Source of the DNA: a virus
Lineage: Duplodnaviria > Caudoviricetes
Direction: 5' to 3' (one strand)
IMG/VR virus record: IMGVR_UViG_3300010376_000113
Location: 1 to 26,841 of that record
Length of the DNA: 26,841 nt
Position 1 is the stretch's first letter; each line of letters opens with the position of its first letter. Positions 13,985 through 23,426 of this stretch are shown here, one piece after another. The notes under the pieces were generated by a model that made no database searches, was not told the origin of the DNA, and saw only the letters and a program-made list of their open reading frames with translations. Position numbers and translations under genes: made by a program.

Positions 13985-14866
13985 TCAGGGGTGCAGGAAA
14001 CCGACACTGGCGAACGATTCGGGGGCGCCGCGCAGCGCGAAGCTGGCGGTGTTGATCTGGCAGCGGAAGTCGTAGGTGTCGCCGGCCGCGGCTCGGTCGA
14101 CGGCGGTGAGGGGGATCTCGGAGTAGCCGGACGCCTGGATGCCGTTGACGACCAGGGCGGCCCCGTTTTTGTAGATGGCCCGGTTGTTCTGGATGCCCGA
14201 CGCCGGGTTGAAGCCGAGCTGGAAGGAGAACAGGTACACGCCGGGGTTGGGGCAGGTCCACACCCCGGTGCCGGTGTTGTAGGCGTTGGCGTCGTCGAAA
14301 ATTTTGGTGGCGAAGGGGACGATCTGCCAGGTGAGGGGGGTGGCGGAGGTGGTGAAGCTGGCTAGGTTGTAGCGGCAGGAGGCCCGGGTTTCGGTGGCCA
14401 GGCCGCCGGGGCGGACGTCGGTGATGTTCCCGGCCGCTATCGCGGCGGAGCCGCCGGCCACGTAGATCTGGGCCAGGGCCAGGGTGCCGGCCGGGGCGGC
14501 CGGGGCGACGGGGGTGGCGGCCGGGGTGCCGGTGACGTAGTCGAAGATGAAGTCGTTGTTGGCGCCGCCGTCCAAATCGTTGGCGCGGGGCCGGCAGATG
14601 ACCAGGTCGACGCGGTTGGTGCCGGAGCCGGGGGCGGCGGTGAGGGTGACCTGTTCGACGGCGTCGGACGAGCACAGGGTGGCGCCGGTGTTGTTCTGGG
14701 TGGGGACGGCTACGGCGCCGGCGGCGACGTTGACGGTCATGGCGGTGGCCGGGGTGACGGCGCAGCCCGTGGTGGCGCCGGCCGGCCACAGGGCGGAGAT
14801 GAGGCGCCGGTCGAGGGCGGCGGCGTAGGAGCCTTGCTGTTCCCACAGCGGGGTGTAGCGGGTCAT
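13985..14866 (-). CDS. Minor tail protein with C-terminal C1q-like domain
   Basis: TNRVDLVIC...LALAQIYV...ITDVR tail motif; VPFATKIFDDANAYNTGTGVWTCPNPGVYLFSFQL is C1q-like. Confidence 0.75.
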   Translation of the reverse strand: MTRYTPLWEQQGSYAAALDRRLISALWPAGATTGCAVTPATAMTVNVAAGAVAVPTQNNTGATLCSSDAVEQVTLTAAPGSGTNRVDLVICRPRANDLDGGANNDFIFDYVTGTPAATPVAPAAPAGTLALAQIYVAGGSAAIAAGNITDVRPGGLATETRASCRYNLASFTTSATPLTWQIVPFATKIFDDANAYNTGTGVWTCPNPGVYLFSFQLGFNPASGIQNNRAIYKNGAALVVNGIQASGYSEIPLTAVDRAAAGDTYDFRCQINTASFALRGAPESFASVGFLHP

Positions 14867-14870
14867 GGTT

Positions 14871-16154
14871 TCATCTCCGGGTGAGGGCGTTGACGTCGCG
14901 GCTGTTGGCGGCGACGGTGTCGAACAGGCCGCGCTGGGGGCGGCCGACGGTCAAAGAGACGTCTTCGTTGCCGTCGTCGCCGATGTCGAAGGTGAGGCCG
15001 AGAACCCGGACGGTGGTGTTGACGGCCAGCCGGCCGGAGTTGACGACCAGCGGCACCACGTCGCCCATGTTGGGCCGGCCGGTCGAATAGGTGCCGGGCC
15101 GCAGCGTCAGCGCGTAGGTGGGGATCAGGGTGCCGTTGAGGGCCAGGTCGCCGGCGGCTTTGTCGTCGAGGGTGGATTGGACGGTGACGTCGGCGGCGTT
15201 GTCGTCGCCCTGCCACAGGCCGACCGGGTTGACGGTGATGTTGTTGGCGTCGGCGTTCCAGCGTTCGGAGAACAGCTGGGCGGCGGCCGGGTCGGAGGAG
15301 CCGTTGTTGCCCAGGACCCGCCAGTAGTTGCCGTAGGAGCCGGAGTCGACGGTGCGGGTCAGGGCGGCGACGGTGTTGCCGTACACCAGTTCCAGGTCGG
15401 CGCGGGTGACACCCTGGTAGGGGTAGTAGATGTTGAGACGGTCGGCGGTGGGGTCGACGGCGTAGTCGAACCCGCCGATGACTTTGGACAGCTCGTCGAA
15501 GGCGGTGCCGATGTTGGTGCCGGGATAGTAGGTGCGGTCCCGGTTCTGGCCGGACGGGCCCCGGGCGGTGCCGTTGGGGGCCACCGGGGTGGCGGTCAGG
15601 GGGATGTAGGAGCCCGGCCCGAAAAAGGTGTTGTCCATGGCGTGGGTGTATTTGGCGAACGACAACAGGTCGGCGGCTATGTCGTCCTGGTCTTCGGCGA
15701 TGTAGGGGGCGACGATGTTCAGCATCCGGCGGGACATGACCGCCGCATAGTCGTGGCAGGTGAAAGTGACGGTGTGGGTCTGTTCGGAGATGGTGTCGGC
15801 GGACTGGGCCACGATGCCTTTGAACATGATCCGGTCGCCGCCGGCGGTCTGATCCCAGCGCCAGGCGATCACGTCGGTGGCGAGCTCGGTGACGAGAGCG
15901 GCGGTGGGGTGGTGGCCGTCGAGAGAAAAGGTGAGGGTGGCCGGGGTGCACCAGGCCTGTTCGAGTTTGCGGCCCGCCGCGCCGGTCAGCTCGGTGATCA
16001 TCGTCTGGCTGTTCGACACCCCGTCGGCGAAGGCCCGCTGGTGGGCGGTGAGCCGCCACAGGCCCCGCCCGGCCGGCAGCGGCACGGGCGCGGACCGGGC
16101 CTGCCGCGGCGTGTCGGGCGGGCCTGCGGGGGTCCGGCCGGGCGGCCAGCTCAC
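14871..16154 (-). CDS. Minor tail / baseplate hub (Tal-like) protein
   Basis: Position after Dit; GTGA-coupled start at 16154; GDVV...VRVLGLTFDI C-terminal motif. Confidence 0.75.
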   Translation of the reverse strand: MSWPPGRTPAGPPDTPRQARSAPVPLPAGRGLWRLTAHQRAFADGVSNSQTMITELTGAAGRKLEQAWCTPATLTFSLDGHHPTAALVTELATDVIAWRWDQTAGGDRIMFKGIVAQSADTISEQTHTVTFTCHDYAAVMSRRMLNIVAPYIAEDQDDIAADLLSFAKYTHAMDNTFFGPGSYIPLTATPVAPNGTARGPSGQNRDRTYYPGTNIGTAFDELSKVIGGFDYAVDPTADRLNIYYPYQGVTRADLELVYGNTVAALTRTVDSGSYGNYWRVLGNNGSSDPAAAQLFSERWNADANNITVNPVGLWQGDDNAADVTVQSTLDDKAAGDLALNGTLIPTYALTLRPGTYSTGRPNMGDVVPLVVNSGRLAVNTTVRVLGLTFDIGDDGNEDVSLTVGRPQRGLFDTVAANSRDVNALTRR

Positions 16155-17740
16155 GAGAGGTAGCCGTCCTGCCAGATGGCCTGCACCTGGGTGAGGGCGG
16201 AGGTGCCGCCCCCGGACATGGACAGCAGCCCGGTGGCCGGCAGCGGCGCCACGGCCGGCCAGGTGGTCGACGTCCAGTCGATTTTGGAGATGACCGGCTG
16301 GGCCGGGTCGCCGTCGCGCAGCGCCGACTTTTGGGCGCAGTCGACGTCGACGTAGTGGCCGGCGTCGATCACATAGCCGCCGACGAAACGGACGTTCCAG
16401 GCGGTGTTGGGGTTCGACTGGGCGATCTGTATGTTGGCGGCGGTGATCGGCCCGTAGACACGCAGCAGCGGCCGCAGCGCCACGTCCCCCGGGGTGGACA
16501 AGACGGCCGAGTTGGGCGAGGTGGTCCCGGCCGGGTAGACGCGGGGGAAGGTGAGCGGGTAGGCGCGGCCGGCGCCGCCGGCGCCGCCGGTCCAGGCGGT
16601 CGCCGTGTTGACGGTGGGGTCGCGGGCTATGGGGTCGGCGGCCATCCATTGCAGCTGGATGTCGCGCTGGTAGGGGCCGGCGACCGGCCACGAGTAGCCG
16701 GTGCCGCGCACGGTGAGGGTGCGTTCGGGGGCGCCGGGCCGGTCCAGGATCCAGTGCAGCACGGGCCGGGCGGAGGGGACCATGTAACGGGCGAAGTTGT
16801 CGGCCACGTCGTCGACACGGGCGCCGGCGCCCTGGAGGGCGGTGATGTTGGCCGACACCACCCGGGCGCCCATGTATTGGGTGCGGTCGTCGACGCCGTC
16901 CTGGTCAGGCCGGCTGGACATCACCTCCCGCGGTGCCGGATAGCCCAGGTCGAGCTGGGTGCAGAAATAGCCTTTGGTGGTGTCCTCGAGCTGCACCGTG
17001 GACGAGCCGAGGGTCAGCCACGCCGACCGGACGCAACCGGTAGCGGGCGGTGTCGGGGTCGGGGTCGGCGGCGTCGGCACCAGCCACTTGTTGGTCAGGT
17101 AGGTGGTGGTGGAGTTGATGTCAGCGTCCGACAGAGGCGACGGGTAGATGATCATTTCGCAGATCGGGCCGTTCCAGACCAGGCTCGGGCTGTCGCTGCG
17201 AGCCCCGAACACGAACGGGCCGCCCAGCGCTGCGGTCCCCGGGTTGCCGGCGGTTTTGGTCCCGTCCACCCAGATGGCACTCGCCGAACTGTTCGCCACA
17301 TGGGCGAAAACGTGCAGGCTGGTGTCGGCCGGGGTGGTCGAGTTGACCAGGGCGGTGCCGTTGTAGATCACCCAGATGCCGGCCGGGTAGTTCGACTGCA
17401 GCATGGCATTCTGGGTGCTGTTGCCGTACACGGCCCGGCTGGTGCCCGTGTCGGACGATCGCGCGACTACCAGCAGCGTGTACGGCTGGGCGACAGTCAG
17501 CGACGAGTTGGACATATAGGTGGCCGCCCCGTCGAACCACACGGCCGGGAGGCCGTTGATCAACTGCCCGGCCGTGGTCTTGTAAAAGGTGGGCTGGTTG
17601 GCGCCGATGACCTGGCTGAGTGTCCAGCCGTGCCCGGACAGATCCGACCACGATGACAGTTTGGCGGCGTCCGCCACTCCGCTGATGGCGGTGGCGTCCC
17701 ACCAGGCGGTGTAGCCGGCGACGGGGGGGGCCACGGTCAC
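16151..17740 (-). CDS. Distal tail (Dit)-like protein with N-terminal LamG/concanavalin-like domain
   Basis: GTGA-coupled to TMP; WWDA..WSDLSG..NGLPAVWFDG..WNGPICEMIIY, PT linker, then Dit-like region with YPLTFPRVY and GDVALRP. Confidence 0.75.
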   Translation of the reverse strand: MTVAPPVAGYTAWWDATAISGVADAAKLSSWSDLSGHGWTLSQVIGANQPTFYKTTAGQLINGLPAVWFDGAATYMSNSSLTVAQPYTLLVVARSSDTGTSRAVYGNSTQNAMLQSNYPAGIWVIYNGTALVNSTTPADTSLHVFAHVANSSASAIWVDGTKTAGNPGTAALGGPFVFGARSDSPSLVWNGPICEMIIYPSPLSDADINSTTTYLTNKWLVPTPPTPTPTPPATGCVRSAWLTLGSSTVQLEDTTKGYFCTQLDLGYPAPREVMSSRPDQDGVDDRTQYMGARVVSANITALQGAGARVDDVADNFARYMVPSARPVLHWILDRPGAPERTLTVRGTGYSWPVAGPYQRDIQLQWMAADPIARDPTVNTATAWTGGAGGAGRAYPLTFPRVYPAGTTSPNSAVLSTPGDVALRPLLRVYGPITAANIQIAQSNPNTAWNVRFVGGYVIDAGHYVDVDCAQKSALRDGDPAQPVISKIDWTSTTWPAVAPLPATGLLSMSGGGTSALTQVQAIWQDGYLS

Positions 17741-19569
17741 ACCCCCTGGGTTTGGACGACCCAGGCGGCTTTGCGCATGAACGCCTCCACGTCGACGTCG
17801 CTCGAGAAGTGGGCGTGCTCGATGTGCACGGCCGGGCCGGCCCGCTTCCCGGCCGGGATGACGGTTTCGCCCTGGTGGGCGTAGATCATGCCGGTGTAGG
17901 GGACGACGCCACCCTGCTGGAAGGACAGCACGGGGATTTGGGGCATGGCGAAACCTTGGCCGCCCAGGCCGGGCACCCACGACGGCACTTTGAACGACAG
18001 CGAGCCGACGGTGTGGTTCCAGGCCCAGGCGATGGCGTTGAACACCCACTCGAACGGGGTGGCGATGGCTTTGACGACGTCGACGAACACCTGGCCGACG
18101 GTGCCGACGGTCGACCCGAACCAGTTGACCACCGCCGCCCAGCCGTCCTCGATGCCGCCCCACACGGCGGCGAAGGCGTCGATGATCTGGTCGCGGTATT
18201 TGTAGATGAAGTAGACGGCGGTGGCGATCGGGCCCAACAGGATGGACAGCAGCAGCGGCCAGTTGTTCCTTATCCAGTCCCACACGTCGGCCACCGCGTC
18301 TTTCATGAGCCGCCAGATGGTGGTCCAGTTGCGGTAGATCAGGTAGGCGGCCACACCCAGAGCGGCCAGGGCGGCGATGATCAGCAGGATGGGGGCCAGG
18401 GCCAGGCCTTCGGAGACCGCCGCGGTGTCCTCGGCGGCGGCCATGGCTTCGGTGGCGGTGGCGGCCGCCTCGGTGGTTTTGGTGAACGTGCCGATCACCG
18501 ATTTGGCCGCGGTGGTGATCCCGCCCAGCACGGCCATGGCCGAGCCGGCGGCGGTGATGGCCGGCCCGTACTTTTGGCCCAGGGTGGCGGCGGTGTCCTC
18601 CAGGTGGGCTTTGATGGCGGCGATGTGGCCGCCGAAGGTGTTCGCCGCCGCCGACGCCTGCCCGCCGAGTTTTTGGGACAGCTGGTCGATGGCGGTGCCG
18701 TGGTTGGTGGTGGCAGTTTTGGCGTCTTCCTGGGCCTGGGCCAGCGTTTTGTGGGCGGCGGTAGCCGCGGCGGTGGCGTCGACCACTTTCTGCTGGGCGT
18801 CGCGCAGGCGGATGGCTTCGGTGACGGTCAGATGTTTTTTGCCGGCGTCGATGGCTTCGATGTCGGCCAGGTGCTGTTTGGCGCGGGCCAGGGCCCGGTC
18901 GGCGGTCTCGGCCCGGGCGGTGTCTTTGGCGACGGTTTTGGTGGCGTCACCGGTTTTGGCGACGGTGATCCCGAACTCTTTCAGGATTTTGCCGGACCCG
19001 TTGTACACCTTGCCGAGCTGGGTGGCGGCGGTGGCCAGGTCTTCGTGTTTGGCGGCGGCCAGATCGGCGGTGGTGTTCAGGTACGCCAACGCTTTGGCCG
19101 GGTCGCCGGTGGCCTGGGTCAGGATCCGCAGGGCGTCCTGAGTCTGGTTGGCGCTATGCCCGAACCGCTCCTGGTATTTGATCGCCTCCTCGACCCGTTT
19201 GGCGTAGTCCTCGTAGGAGGCGCCGGTGGCCTCCACGGCGGTCTGGAGCTGCTGGTGGGCGGCCTGGTCTTTGGAGCCCAGCGCGGCCAGGCCCACACCG
19301 ACACCGGCCAGGGTGCCGCCCACCCCGATCATGGCCGCCCCGACCTGTTTGCCGTGTTTGGCGATCTGCTCGAGGGCGGTGTCGACACCGTCGAGGGCTT
19401 CGCCGAACGGGCCCAGGATCCCGGTTCTGTTCAGCGCCGCCAGCGTGCCCGAGAACGCCTCCTGCAGGCCTCGGGCGGCGCCGTGGCCTCGGTCGCCGGC
19501 GTCTTTGAACGCTTTGGACAGGCCGGACAGGTCGCCGAGGACCCGGACGACGACCGACGGGCCGGCCAT
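17737..19569 (-). CDS. Tape measure protein
   Basis: 610 aa, Ala-rich helical, periodic W/F repeats and hydrophobic segments; follows the chaperone genes. Confidence 0.9.
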   Translation of the reverse strand: MAGPSVVVRVLGDLSGLSKAFKDAGDRGHGAARGLQEAFSGTLAALNRTGILGPFGEALDGVDTALEQIAKHGKQVGAAMIGVGGTLAGVGVGLAALGSKDQAAHQQLQTAVEATGASYEDYAKRVEEAIKYQERFGHSANQTQDALRILTQATGDPAKALAYLNTTADLAAAKHEDLATAATQLGKVYNGSGKILKEFGITVAKTGDATKTVAKDTARAETADRALARAKQHLADIEAIDAGKKHLTVTEAIRLRDAQQKVVDATAAATAAHKTLAQAQEDAKTATTNHGTAIDQLSQKLGGQASAAANTFGGHIAAIKAHLEDTAATLGQKYGPAITAAGSAMAVLGGITTAAKSVIGTFTKTTEAAATATEAMAAAEDTAAVSEGLALAPILLIIAALAALGVAAYLIYRNWTTIWRLMKDAVADVWDWIRNNWPLLLSILLGPIATAVYFIYKYRDQIIDAFAAVWGGIEDGWAAVVNWFGSTVGTVGQVFVDVVKAIATPFEWVFNAIAWAWNHTVGSLSFKVPSWVPGLGGQGFAMPQIPVLSFQQGGVVPYTGMIYAHQGETVIPAGKRAGPAVHIEHAHFSSDVDVEAFMRKAAWVVQTQGV

Positions 19570-19573
19570 GCGG

Positions 19574-19747
19574 TTATCTCCGGGGCAGCGACGCCCGGGC
19601 GGCGGTGACGGCGGCCGCCTCGCGGTTCATGCGGCGCACCATGGCGTCGAACATGACGTCGGACAGGTCGTCGACTTCGGCCGGGGTCATGCGGTAGAAG
19701 TGGCAGAGGGCGGCGACGGCGTCGGCGACTTGCCGTTGGTAGGGTCC
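19574..19747 (-). CDS. Tail assembly chaperone T segment (probably reached by -1 frameshift)
   Basis: YQRQVADAVAALCHFYRMTPAEVDDL... in the -1 frame, overlapping the G ORF tail. Confidence 0.65.
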   Translation of the reverse strand, partial: GPYQRQVADAVAALCHFYRMTPAEVDDLSDVMFDAMVRRMNREAAAVTAARASLPRR

Positions 19748-20001
19748 ACCTCGACGATGGCCACCTCCACGTCGTAGGCGTGCATCCACAGGCTGGCGGG
19801 GTCCCGGGCCGGGTGGTCGCGCAAAAGGGCCCGGAAGGCGATCAGCCGGGGCGGCTGGTTCTCGGCCAGCTCCCCGAACTTCGCGCCGGGCTCGAGGCGG
19901 GTCAACAGGTCGATGATCCGCTGGGAGGGGAGGCGGGCGATAAAAGCCTGGGTGACGGTGACCAGCTCGGGCAGCGGGCCGGTGTCGTCGAGGTCAGTCA
20001 T
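19687..20001 (-). CDS. Tail assembly chaperone G
   Basis: Upstream of TMP; ends VDPT plus a low-complexity S/P/T tail; AGGAG RBS. Confidence 0.7.
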   Translation of the reverse strand: MTDLDDTGPLPELVTVTQAFIARLPSQRIIDLLTRLEPGAKFGELAENQPPRLIAFRALLRDHPARDPASLWMHAYDVEVAIVEVDPTNGKSPTPSPPSATSTA

Positions 20002-20449
20002 GCACACTCCTGGCGTCGGCGGTCTGGTTGGTCCAGCGGGCCCGGCCCAACGCCACCTCTACCGCCTCGGCGTAGGCCCGGGCCGAGGTGGCGGCCAGCT
20101 GGCGGGCGGCCGGGAACAGATACCGGCCGGTGCGCACGAACGGCCGGGCCGTGTCGTGGGGGCGGTGGCGGCGGCCGCCGAACTCCACCCAGGCGGCGTA
20201 GGGCACCGTTTTGCGGCCCATGCGCACCGCGGCGCCGGTGCGGGCGGCGGTGACCCGCACATCGCCGGCCAGGCGGCCGCTGTCATGGGGCAGGGCCGAG
20301 CGGGCGGCGGCGGCGACCGGCTCGGCCGCGGCCCGCCCCGCGGCCTGTAACGCCCGGGACATGCCGCCGGCGCGGGGGTCGGCCAGCCGGTTGAGGTCGC
20401 GTTGCAGGGCTTTGAGGCCGACGACGCCCACCTGGGCGGGCGGGGCCAT
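19994..20449 (-). CDS. HK97 gp10-like tail component
   Basis: VVGLKALQRDL...PHDSGRL...VPYAAWVEFG...RYLFPA. Confidence 0.8.
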   Translation of the reverse strand: MAPPAQVGVVGLKALQRDLNRLADPRAGGMSRALQAAGRAAAEPVAAAARSALPHDSGRLAGDVRVTAARTGAAVRMGRKTVPYAAWVEFGGRRHRPHDTARPFVRTGRYLFPAARQLAATSARAYAEAVEVALGRARWTNQTADARSVHD

Positions 20450-21159
20450 CAGGGGTGCTTGCCGGCCACCCAGGCCGACCCGTTCCAGTTGTTGGCCAAC
20501 AGGTCGGCGGTGATCACATACTGGCCTACCGTCCAGTTGGTGGCCGGGCTGGCGGTGATGCCGGTGAGGGCGGCCAGGTTGGCGGGGGTGGTCGCCCCCG
20601 ACGGGGTGAAATAGCCGGGGGTGCCGGCGGTGGCGCCGGTGGCGGTCACCGCCCCGTTGTCGACGGTCGGGAAGGCCGTGAGGTTCCAGTCGATCTGGAT
20701 TTGGGAGGCGGCGCCGGCGTCGCCGTTCATGTAGTCGAACGGCTGGGGGATGACCTGCCCGGAGATGATGGGGTTGTTGGCGGCCGCCACCCGGGAACTG
20801 TAGGCCCGGGCCTTGAAGTTCGTGGTCGCCCCCGACGCCACATAGCTGTTGTAGGCGGCGTTCAACACCGAGAACGTGGCGCCGGTATCGAAGGACTGGT
20901 AGAACGTAACCCTGAGGTGCCATTTGGTGACACCCGGGTAATCCGTTTCGGCGCAGAAACTGGTGACCGTGACCGGTTTATTTTCCGGGCTCACCTCCAG
21001 ATGCTGGACCAGGCAGCGCAGGTTGGTGCCGCCCAGCTCGAAGTAGCAGTCCGTCATGATCAGCGGGTTGGCGGTCGGCGGGGTCGGGTCCCCGGCCGCG
21101 GTCAGCATGATCTCCGGCGGCGGGCCGCCGTTGCCGTTTTCTTCTTCGACCATGGTCAT
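20449..21159 (-). CDS. Major tail (tube) protein
   Basis: Position, size, beta-rich composition; GAGGAG RBS. Confidence 0.75.
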   Translation of the reverse strand: MTMVEEENGNGGPPPEIMLTAAGDPTPPTANPLIMTDCYFELGGTNLRCLVQHLEVSPENKPVTVTSFCAETDYPGVTKWHLRVTFYQSFDTGATFSVLNAAYNSYVASGATTNFKARAYSSRVAAANNPIISGQVIPQPFDYMNGDAGAASQIQIDWNLTAFPTVDNGAVTATGATAGTPGYFTPSGATTPANLAALTGITASPATNWTVGQYVITADLLANNWNGSAWVAGKHP

Positions 21160-21169
21160 GGTTGGCTCC

Positions 21170-21553
21170 TCACATCTGGATGGTCAGGATCACTTCGGCC
21201 TGCAGGATCTCCACGCCGGCCAACACCACGTTCCGCCAGTTCCGGGCCGCCGAGGCCACGCAGGATTGGGCGGCGCCGCCCAGGCCGGGGGTTTTGACGG
21301 CGGCGCGGACCACGCCGATCAGGTCGTCGACGGTGTCGTCATCCTCGGCCGCCCCGACGCACAACACCGGCAGGGTGGTCTCGTCGACGGAGAAACCGGC
21401 GGTGGCGTAGAGCACTTCGACGGGCCGGCCGACCACCACCGCCGGCGGGTTGAGGGTGGTGGGCGGCCGGTCGAACACGAACACGGTGCCGCCGGATGCC
21501 ACGTCGATGGCGTTCACCAGGGCCGGCACCGCCACGGTGCGGTCCCAGCTCAC
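21170..21553 (-). CDS. Tail terminator-like protein
   Basis: GTGA-coupled; PPTTLNPPAVVVG motif; between connector and tube genes. Confidence 0.65.
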   Translation of the reverse strand: MSWDRTVAVPALVNAIDVASGGTVFVFDRPPTTLNPPAVVVGRPVEVLYATAGFSVDETTLPVLCVGAAEDDDTVDDLIGVVRAAVKTPGLGGAAQSCVASAARNWRNVVLAGVEILQAEVILTIQM

Positions 21554-21885
21554 CCGAACACCACCGGGGCGCAGGCGGCGTAGAGGGCGTCGACGTCGGC
21601 GTCGGTGCGGCCCACCCGCACCACCCCCAGATCCCCGAACCCCAGGGTGCCGTCGATCGAGTCGCGGCGGCGGTACAGCCGGGCGGCGTGCAGCAGGCAG
21701 GCCTCGTGGGCGGCATCCGGGAGGGTGCCGTCGTCGTAGGGGGGGACCGGGTAGCGGTAGTTGAGGCGCCGGTTGGCGTAGTCGACGGCGGCGGCCAGGG
21801 CGGTGGTGATGATCCCGTCTTCGGTCGGGTCGGGCTGCAGGCGCAGCAGCGACCGGACCTCCTGCAGTTTCGGGTAGTACGCCAC
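21550..21885 (-). CDS. Head-tail connector (gp6/gp15-like)
   Basis: ACLLHAARLYRRRDSIDG...DADVDAL; directly after capsid. Confidence 0.8.
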   Translation of the reverse strand: MAYYPKLQEVRSLLRLQPDPTEDGIITTALAAAVDYANRRLNYRYPVPPYDDGTLPDAAHEACLLHAARLYRRRDSIDGTLGFGDLGVVRVGRTDADVDALYAACAPVVFG

Positions 21886-21900
21886 CGCCCTGGGCTGGGC

Positions 21901-23259
21901 CTATTTGCGGGCCCGGGACGCCTCGGCGGGCGGCTCGTCGCCGGCGGGCGCTTCGGCCTCGAGGATGGTCGGCAAGGTGGCGGCGGACAGGTCCAGCGCC
22001 ACGAACGCGGTCTGGGCCAGCGACCCCTGGGCGAAGTAGCCGCCGTAGGCCACCTGCACCCCCAGGATCGACGGTTCGATCACCGACAGCAGCCCGATCA
22101 CCTCCTCGTACACTTCGTAGAGGGCGGACGGGCCGACGATGCACGTTTTGGCTGGCAGCGTCGGCGCCACGATGCGCGGCAGACCGAAAATGTCGCCCTG
22201 GAACGACGCCAGGTTCGATGTGCCGGGGGCGCCCATCTCCCGGTTGACGTCGACCGGCAAAACGACCCGGGCCACGTCCACCAAAGAGCCCAGCGCGGCC
22301 CACACGTCGAGCGAGCACCACACCCGGTCGGGCATCATGAAACTGGCCTGGTAGGAGTGCATGGCCGCCGTGTACAGCCCTTTGGCCCAGTCGGCCAGCA
22401 CCGGGGTGGCCGGCAGCGCCGGCGGTTTGGTGCCGGTCGCGGCGGTCACGAACGCCGAAGCCACGGCCGTCTCGGTCTGCACCGCGTACACCTGGGCCAG
22501 GTCCCGGATGAGGATGTCCCAGGCGGACGGGGAGGTCCAGTCGATGTCCTGGCGGGAGATGTCGACGGTGCCGCCGTAGGTGGTTTTGGCGAAGCTGATC
22601 GGGGTGATGGTCATCTTCTGCGACGACAGCTGCGTTTTTTCGTTGGCGCCGGCGGTCTGCTGGCCGACGGTGGTGTGCTGGGTCACTTTGGGCCGGGAGA
22701 ACGTCGACCCGGGGATGCCGCCCAAACCTTTGGCGCCGCCCAGGCTGGCGATCAGCGGCCGGTTGGCGTCGATCAGCGACACCACCGAACCGACGATCGG
22801 GGTGGGCAGGATGCCGGTGGTGTCGGTGGTCTTCTGGTCCGCCACCACCCGGGCCTGCAACGCCGCGATGCGCTGCGCCGCCCCCGGGTCGGGGTCGCCG
22901 CCCATCAGCGCCCGGCTGCGCACCAGGTCCACCAGGTACTCCCCGACGCCGCGGTATTCGGGCGGGCGGGTGTCGCCGTCGGCCCGGCGCGGCTGCGCCG
23001 GCGACCGATCCGCCACAGCCCGGGGTTCGGGCAGCGGCAGGCTGGCGGCGGTGGCGGCGTGCGCCGCCTTGACCCGCTCGTACTCCTCCAACGGTTCGAT
23101 CTGGCGGTCGACCTCGGCGATCCGCTCCCGGGTGTGCGCCAAAACCGACTGCTCGGCGTCGGTCAAATCCCGGCCGTCGACCTGGCCGAGAATCGACTCC
23201 ATGGTGGCGATCAGCTCCTGGCGTTCGGCGTGCATGCGTTCCAGCACAACGTTCGGCAT
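21901..23259 (-). CDS. Major capsid protein (HK97 fold, N-terminal coiled-coil delta domain)
   Basis: GGAGG RBS before ATG 23259; RDLTDAE coiled coil; GILPTP, TYGG..DISRQ.ID, IFGLPRIV. Confidence 0.92.
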   Translation of the reverse strand: MPNVVLERMHAERQELIATMESILGQVDGRDLTDAEQSVLAHTRERIAEVDRQIEPLEEYERVKAAHAATAASLPLPEPRAVADRSPAQPRRADGDTRPPEYRGVGEYLVDLVRSRALMGGDPDPGAAQRIAALQARVVADQKTTDTTGILPTPIVGSVVSLIDANRPLIASLGGAKGLGGIPGSTFSRPKVTQHTTVGQQTAGANEKTQLSSQKMTITPISFAKTTYGGTVDISRQDIDWTSPSAWDILIRDLAQVYAVQTETAVASAFVTAATGTKPPALPATPVLADWAKGLYTAAMHSYQASFMMPDRVWCSLDVWAALGSLVDVARVVLPVDVNREMGAPGTSNLASFQGDIFGLPRIVAPTLPAKTCIVGPSALYEVYEEVIGLLSVIEPSILGVQVAYGGYFAQGSLAQTAFVALDLSAATLPTILEAEAPAGDEPPAEASRARK

Positions 23260-23426
23260 AACAGTCAAAAACCTCCGCAAGTAAAGGACTGGCTTTGGGG
23301 CGCTCAAGTGCTCGGCGCCGAGCTGTCCAAAGCGGTGGCTCCTGGGTGGGCGCCGCCTCGACGGCTGGCACGCCCGGCCCGGGCCGGCCGTTGGGCGGGC
23401 TGGCCGCGGCTATCGCAGCCCCGATG

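Noticed and set aside
10397-17740. Diversity-generating retroelement or invertible tail-fibre cassette
   Set aside because: No reverse transcriptase or invertase, and no template/variable repeat pair or flanking inverted repeats seen by eye
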